DNA of 64,000 bases from assembly GCF_009914755.1 (NCBI RefSeq), contig NC_060930.1; one strand, written 5' to 3'. The translations under genes were made by a program, and so were the position numbers. The notes under the pieces were generated by a model. That model saw only the letters and a list, made by a program, of their open reading frames with translations. It ran no database searches and was not told the DNA's origin. Shown piece after piece: positions 52,926 to 64,000 of this stretch; position 1 is the first letter of the stretch, and every line of letters begins with the position of its first letter. This DNA is from the human T2T-CHM13v2.0 reference genome, Homo sapiens.

Positions 52926-54984
52926 CTAAAGCAAATGGAGTGTTTTTTAAAAATTTATGTGACTTTGCAGTTAAAATGTTATGTATACCAAGTTTCAGAT
53001 TACTCTTAATGGTATATAAAGCTTGATTACAAGGCATATGTACTTGCTGCTAAGGCCCAAGAGAGCCACTGCAGTAAACCAAGTTTATTTTACTATTCAC
53101 AGTCACCTAGATTGGTGGGTTTGCTAAATGCCTAAAATAACTTTCTACTGGGCTGGCATGTTTCTTAAAAACAAAATCTCAAAGATGGGCAAGATTCATT
53201 TAAAGGAGGAAGCCCTGACATGAAAAAAAAAATCCTTGCCTGCTTGACTTTTCCCTTTGCTTTGGAACCTTAAGAAACAGTTGGGTCACTTTAAACAAAA
53301 TTTGCTCTGGGCCTAGAAAATTTCAATTACATGCTATTGGCCTATTAATGAGAATTTTATTAGTTTGCAAAGAAATAAGGAGCATCCAGTTCTTCTCACA
53401 TAGAGTGGAAATAATTTCCTTTATGGTTCACGTTTAGGACTCCATTGCTCTAATTTAAATATCTTTTACTGACATTACAGAACAGAAGGCTTTTGTGTGC
53501 ATTATTCCAAACAGCTGATCTCAAATTTCTGTGGATACAGACAGCTAACAAAGCAGTTAAAGTCAACTATTCAATAACTCCTAGAGATCCGTAGGCTCAG
53601 TCACTCAGCAACATTTAACACGCTTGACGAGCACAGCATCTTAGATGTTGTCAGGGATAAAAAGTAATAAACTATGGTTCTTGCCTTCAAGGATTTTTCA
53701 GTTGGGTAACTATGAAAAACACATACATGAAGAACTAGACTTTTAAAATTATACTCAAACAACTACAAAGCAACCTAAAGGAAGTTTGTTTATAAATTCA
53801 TGTTGACCTTACCCTCAGCATGTTAGTATGAACGAATTTTCAAATCATAGAGTTTAATTATTTTCAAGTTTAAATAAGGCATTCCACCTTCATCAGAAGG
53901 AAGGAATTATACTTACAAAACATACTTAAAAATTTTGAGGAAAATAGAGACCTTTAAGGGAATAACTTGATAGATAGAAAAACTTTTGCCTAGTAGAACA
54001 ACCCTTCATCTATAAATCATCTTCAAAAATGAATAAGTGGCCATGATCTACACAACATAGCACAAACACCTTGCCATAGGATGCAGGAAGAACAGGCATC
54101 TGATCCAAGGCAAGTCCATGGATGGCCTGAGCAGTGGACCTTGAGGTGGTCAAACCCAGAGTTCTATCCAGCAAAGATGATGGTGATCAACTGAGCCTAG
54201 GAAATGCTCTCTCTCAGGAATTTGAATGTGAAACATAGTGAAAGTTAAAATGCTACTGATAAAAGTAGAGGCTGAAAAGAGATGCAGAGTCTATATTAAA
54301 CTTGTTCTACCCAGATCTTCAAAGGCAGATAAGAGTAATATGTTGGATACTCCAATTATGAAATTCTGCCCCAAATCTCATTCCATTAAATAAACTGGAG
54401 AACTTTATATTTTATATGTGTGTTTTTTTCTTATTCCATCTCAAAATTAGGCACATGAAATAATATAATTAATGTTTAAACTCTTCTCTACAAATCTATA
54501 TTCTTTTAATCTAAGTCTACAGGATATCAGAATTCTAAGAAAAACTTGGAAATCATGTTCAGGACTATACAGGACTTTAAAAGCTTTATCTTCCCAAACT
54601 GAAAACCAGACCTCTCAAGTCTAGCTGCTCTCCTCCAGGTGCTGCATAAATGGTGAGCTCTAGGCACTCATTGGCCTCTGTGATCTCCTCTTTGCACCTT
54701 CTTTTGTCCTACTAACTTTCATGCCAATCTTCCCATTTTTGTTCTCTTCTGTCTCTTGAAATGCTATGTTTGGCAGCATTTTTTTGGGCCGTGTTTCTAT
54801 TTCTCCAGGACCTGGTCTTTGGCTACCTTACTTTGGATCACTTGGTTGAAACAGTTCCCTTAGTCAACTTGTCCACTGGACTTAAGCTGTGGGACACAGA
54901 AATTTTCCCTGGAAGAACAGAACAATGAAGATGAATAGTTGAAAAATGAGGTGAGCAGAAAAGTTATTTATTTATTTTAAGCTT

Positions 54985-57150
54985 ATTCTGTTACTTTGTA
55001 GTTGTGTAAGCTAGGGTAATCTTCTAAAACTCTCAGAGCATCAGTTTAAAAAATTTAGGTTGGGGATAAGAATAATTCCTCATATGGGAAGTCAAATTGT
55101 CTCTCTTTGCAGATGACATGATTATATATTTAGAAAACCCCATCGTCTCAGCCCAAAATCTCCTTAAGCGGATAAACAACTTAAGCAAAGTCTCAGGATA
55201 CAAAATTGATGTGCAAAAATCACAAACATTCCTATATATCAATAATAGACAGAGAGACAAATCATGAGTGAACTCCCATTCACAATTGCTACAAAGGGAA
55301 TAAAATACCTAGGAATACAACTTACAAGGGATGTGAAGGGCCTCTTTAAGGAGAACTAGAAACCACTGCTCAAGAAAATACAAGACGACACAAACAAATG
55401 GAAAAATATTCCATGCTCATGGATTGGAAGAACCAATATTGTGAAAATGGCCATGCTGCGCAAAGTAATTTATAGATGCAATGCTATCCCCATTAAGCTA
55501 CCATTGACTTTCTTCAGAGAATTAGAAAAACTACTTCAAATTTCATATAGAACAAAAAAAGTGCCCATGTAGCCAAGACAATCCTAAGCAAAAAGAGCAA
55601 AGCTGGAGGCATCATGCTACCTGACTTCAAACTATACTACAAGGCTATAGTAACCAAAACAGCATGGTACTGGTACCAAAACAGATATATAGACTAATGA
55701 AACAGAACAGAGGCCTCAATAATAACACTACACGTCTACAACCATCTGATCTTTGACAAACCTGACAAAAACAAGCAATGGGGAAAGGATTCCATATTTA
55801 ATAAATGGTGTTGGGAAAACTGGCTAGCCACATGCAGAAAACTGAAACTGGAATCCTTCCATACACCTTATACAAAAATTAACTCAAGATGGATTAAAGA
55901 CTTAAACGGAAGACCTAAAATCCTAAAAACCTTAGAAGACAACCTAGGCAATAACATTCAGGACATAGGCATGGGGAAAGACTTCATGATTAAAACACCA
56001 AAAGCAATGACAAAAAAAGCCAAAATTGACAAATGGGATCTAATTAAACTAAAGAGCTTCTGTACAGCAAAAGAAACTATCCTCAGAGTGAACAGGCAAC
56101 CTACAGAATGGGAGAAAATTTTTGCACTCTATCCATCTTACAAAGGGCTAATATCCAGAATCTACAAAAAAGTTAAACAGATTTACAAGGAAAAAACAAA
56201 CAAACAATCCCATCAAAAAGTGGGCGAAGGTTATGAACAGACACTTCTCAAAGGAAGACATTTATGCAGTCAGCAAACATATGAGAAAAAGCTTATCATC
56301 AGTGGTCATCCGAGAAATGCAAATCAAAACCACAATGAGATACCATCTCACACCAGTTACAATGGTGATCATTAAAAAGTCAGGAAACAACAGATGCTGG
56401 AGAGGATGTGGAGAAATAGGAACACTTTTACATTGTTGATGGGAGTGTAATTTAGTTCAACCATTGTGGAAGACACTGTGGCGATTCCTCAAGGATCTAG
56501 AACCAGAAATACCATTTGACCCAGCAATCCCATTAGTGGGTATATACCCAAAGGATTATAAATCATTCTCCTATAAAGACACATGCACACATATGTTTAT
56601 TGCAGCACTATTGACAATAGCAAAACTTGGAACCAACCCAAATGCTCATTAATGATAGACTGGATAAAGAAAATATGGCACATATACACCGTGGAATACT
56701 ATGCAGCCATAAAAAGGATGAGTTCATGTCTTTTGCAGAGGCACGGGTGAAGCTGGAAACCATCATTCTCAGCAAACTAATACAGGAACAGAAAACCAAA
56801 CACCGCATGTTCTTAGTTGTAAGTGGGAGTTGAACAATGAGAACACAGGGACACAGGGAGGGGAACATCACACACCGGGGCCTGTTGGGGGGTGGGGGCC
56901 TAGGGGAGGGATAGCATTAGGAGAAATACCTAATGTAGATGACGGGTTGATGGGTGCAGCAAACCACCATGGCACGTGTATACCTATGTAACAAACCTGT
57001 ACATTCTGCGCATGGATCCCAGAACTTAAAGTATAATAATAATAATAATAATAAAAGAAAATGACCCTCAAAAAAAGAATAATTCCTCATATGATTATGA
57101 TTATGATTAAATGAGATAATATATACAAGGTAATTTGTATACTTAAAGTG
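54985..57150 (+). mobile_element. MIR split by the L1PA7 insertion
   Basis: tagttgtgtaagctagggtaa..tcagttt..ggggataagaataattcctcat on the left; gattaaatgagataatatatacaa on the right. Confidence 0.6.
55087..57074 (+). mobile_element. 5'-truncated L1PA7 (about 2 kb)
   Basis: Begins just before the FADD-coding region; L1PA7 3'UTR (cctaatgtagatgacgggttgatggg); (AAT)n tail; 19-bp TSD aagaataattcctcatatg at 55068-55086 and 57075-57093. Confidence 0.95.
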
Positions 57151-57548
57151 ATGAACATCAGATAGATAACACAACATTTTATTTTTATTTACTTGTTTAT
57201 TTTTAATATATACTTTTTATCTCAGTAACTTGGGGGGTACAAGTGGTTTTTTTGTATTCAGATAAATTCTATAGTTGTGAACTCTAATTTTACTGTACTC
57301 ATGAGCCAAATAGTGTACATTGTACCCAATATGTAGTTTTTTTTTTATTTCTCACCCCCCTCCCACCCTTCCCCTTCTGTGTCTCCCGTGTCCACTGTAA
57401 CAACCTGTATGCCTTTGTGTGCCCATACCTTAGCCCCCACTTATAATGAAAACATACAGTATTTGGTTTTTTATTCCCGAGTTACTTCATTAACAATAAT
57501 GGCTTCCAGTTTCATCCAAGTTGATGCAAAAGACATTATTTCATTATT

Positions 57549-57756
57549 ATTATTATGTTTTTGTAAAACCATCTAAACTTATAGTTTATTTTTGGCAAGG
57601 TTTTTAAACAATAAACTCAATTTCTCTAACAGATATTAAGTCATTTGACTATTTCTTCTGAAATCACTTTTAGGGATTTGCGTATTTCAATACCTTTTTC
57701 TATTTTGTTTAAGTTGGCAAATTTTTTTTTTTTTGCCATATTGTGTGAGCTCAGTT
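57549..57756 (-). other. 3'-transduced flank carried by the L1PA4
   Basis: Lies between the L1 poly(A) and the TSD; has its own AATAAA (57585-57590, minus strand) and a second A-rich tail. Confidence 0.8.
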
Positions 57757-57974
57757 TCTTTCTTTTTTTTTTATACTTTAAGTTTTAGGGTACATGTGCA
57801 CAACGTGCAGGTTTGTTACATATGTATACATGTGCCATGTTGGTGTGCTGCACCTATTAGCTTGTCATTTAACATTAGGTATATCTCCTAATGCTATCCC
57901 TCCCTCATCCCCCCACCCCACAACAGGCCCCGGTGTGTGATGTTCCCCTTGCTGTGTCCATGTGTTCTCATTGT

Positions 57975-61800
<3,826 letters not shown>

Positions 61801-61863
61801 TATGATGTTAGCTGGTTATTTTGCTTGTTGGTTGATGCAATTTCTTCCTAGCCTTGATGGTCT

Positions 61864-62876
61864 TTACAATTTGGCATGATTTTGCAGTGGCTGGTACCGG
61901 TTGTTCGTTTCCATGTTTACTGCTTCCTTCAGGAGTTCTTGTAGGGCATTCCTGTTGGTGACAAAATCTCACAGCATTTGCTTGTCTGTAAAGTATTTTA
62001 TTTGTCCTTCACTTATGAAGCTTAGTTTGGCTGGATATGAAATTCTGGACTGAAAATTCTTCTCTTTAAGAATGTTGAATGTTGGCCCCCACTCTCTTCT
62101 GGCTTGTAGAGTTTCTGCCGAGAGATCTGCTGTTAGTCTGATGGGCTTCCCTTTGTGGGTAACCCGACCTTTCTCTCTGGCTGCCCTTAACATTTTTTCC
62201 TTCATTTCAACTTTGGTGAATCTGACAATTATGTGTCTTGGAGTTGCTGTTCTTGAGGAGTATCTTTGTGGCATTCTCTGTATTTCCCGAATTTGAATGT
62301 TGGCCTGCCTTGCTACGTTGGGGAAGTTCTCCTGGATAATATCCTGCAGAGTGTTTTCCAACTTGGCTCCATTCTCCCCATCACTCTCAGGTACACCAAT
62401 CAGACGTAGATTTGGTCTTTTCATATAGTCCCATATTTCTTGGAGGCTTTGTTTCCTTTTATTCTTTTTTCTCTAAACTTCTCCTCTTGGTTCATTTCAT
62501 TCATTTGATCTTCCATCACAGATACCCTTTCTTCCAGTTGTTCAAATCGGCTACTGAGGCTTGTGCATTTGTCACGTAGTTCTTGTGCCATGGTTTTCAG
62601 CTCCATCAAGTCCTTTAAGGACTTCCCTGCATTGGTTATTCTAGTTAGCCATTCATCTGATCTTTTTTCAAGGTCTTTAACTTCTTTGCCATGTGTTCGA
62701 ACTTCCTCCTTTAGCTTGGAATAGTTTGATTGTCTGAAGCCTTCTTCTCTCAACTCGTCAAAGTCATTCTCCATCCAGCTTTGTTCCATTGCTGGTGAGG
62801 AGCTGCATTCCTTTGGAGGAGGAGAGGCGCTCTGATTTTTTGAGTTTCTGGTTTTTCTGCTCTGTTTTTTCCCCAT
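61864..62876 (-). pseudogene. L1 ORF1p, frameshifted near 62450
   Basis: MGKKQSRK..coiled coil (62421-62876); RRM/CTD ..AREKG..ARREW..YPAKLSF (61969-62424). Confidence 0.95.
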
Positions 62877-64000
62877 CTTTGTGGTTTTATCTACCTTTGG
62901 TCTTTGAAGATGGTGACATACAGATAGGGTTTTGGTGTGGATGTCCTTTCTGTTTGTTAGTTTTCCTTCTAACAGTCAGGACCTTCAGCTGCAGGTCTGT
63001 TGGAGTTTGCCGGAGGTCCGCTCCAGACCCTGTTTGCCTTGGTATCAGCAGCAGAGGCTGCAGAACAGCGGATATTGGGGAACAGCAAATGTTGCTGCCT
63101 GATCTTTCCTCAGGAAGTTTTGTCTCAGAGGAGTACCCGGCCGTGTGAGGTGTCAGTCTGCCCCTACTGAGGGGTGCCTCCCAGTTAGGCTACTCGGGGG
63201 TCAGGGACCCACTTGAGGAGGCAGTCTGTCCGTTCTCAGATCTCTAGCTGTGTGCTGGGAGAACCACTACTCTCTTCAAAGCTGTCAGACAGGGACATTT
63301 AAGTCTGCAGAGGATTCTGCTGCCTTTTGTTTGGTTATGCCCTGCCTCCAGAGGTGGAGTCTACAGAGGCAGGCAGGCCTCCTTGAGCTGCGGTAGGCTC
63401 CACCCAGTTCGAGCTTCCCAGCTTCCTTGTTTACCTACTCAAGCCTCAGCAGTGGTGTGTTTCACTCCCCCGCTTTGCTGCCACCTTGCAGTTCGATCTC
63501 AGACTGCTGTGCTAGCAATGAGCGAGGCTCCATGGGCATAGGACCCTCTGAGCCAGGTGTGGGATATAATATCCTGGTGTGCCATTTGCTAAGACTGTCA
63601 GAAAAGCGCAGTATTAGGGTGGGAGTGACCCAATTTTCCAGGTGCAATCTGTGACCCATTTCCTTGGCTAGGAAAAGAATTCCCCAACCCCTTGCACTTC
63701 CCGGGTGAGGCAATGCCTTGCCCTACATCAGCTCAGGCTCGGTGCACTGCACCCACTGTCCTGCCCCCACTGTCCAAGAATCCCCAGTGAGATGCACCGA
63801 GTACCTCAGTTGGAAATGCAGAAATCGTTTGTCTTCTGCGTTGCTCACACTGGGAGCTGTAAACTGGAGCTGTTCCTATTTGGCCATCTTGGCTCCCCCC
63901 TATTTCATTATTTTTTATGGCTGAGTAGTATTCTATGATGTATACCACATTTTCTTTATCCACTCATCAATTGATGGACACTTAGGTTGGTTCCATATCT

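Overview
Primate (human-like) genomic DNA, AT-rich and made up mostly of interspersed repeats. I recognise no host protein-coding gene; nearly every ORF in the track is a LINE-1 ORF1/ORF2 fragment, an Alu read-through or noise. Contents: about 15 L1 copies or fragments, including four minus-strand L1PA3-PA7 copies that keep their 5'UTR, none with intact ORF1+ORF2; a truncated MER4-group provirus; a decayed HERV-L gag-pro-pol with nested insertions; many MaLR/ERVL LTRs; about 10 Alus; MIR/L2 relics. The minus-strand bias of the long L1s, plus two sets of good plus-strand splice signals (19.3 kb, 50.6 kb), suggests an intron of a plus-strand transcript. The most unusual signal is a patchwork of apparently non-consensus substitutions shared between neighbouring L1 copies of different age and orientation, suggesting local inter-L1 gene conversion. 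There are also two TSD-bracketed L1 3' transductions and several deletion or fold-back junctions. Subfamily names and consensus states come from my recollection, not from a RepeatMasker run. I found no evidence for a new gene system beyond these.
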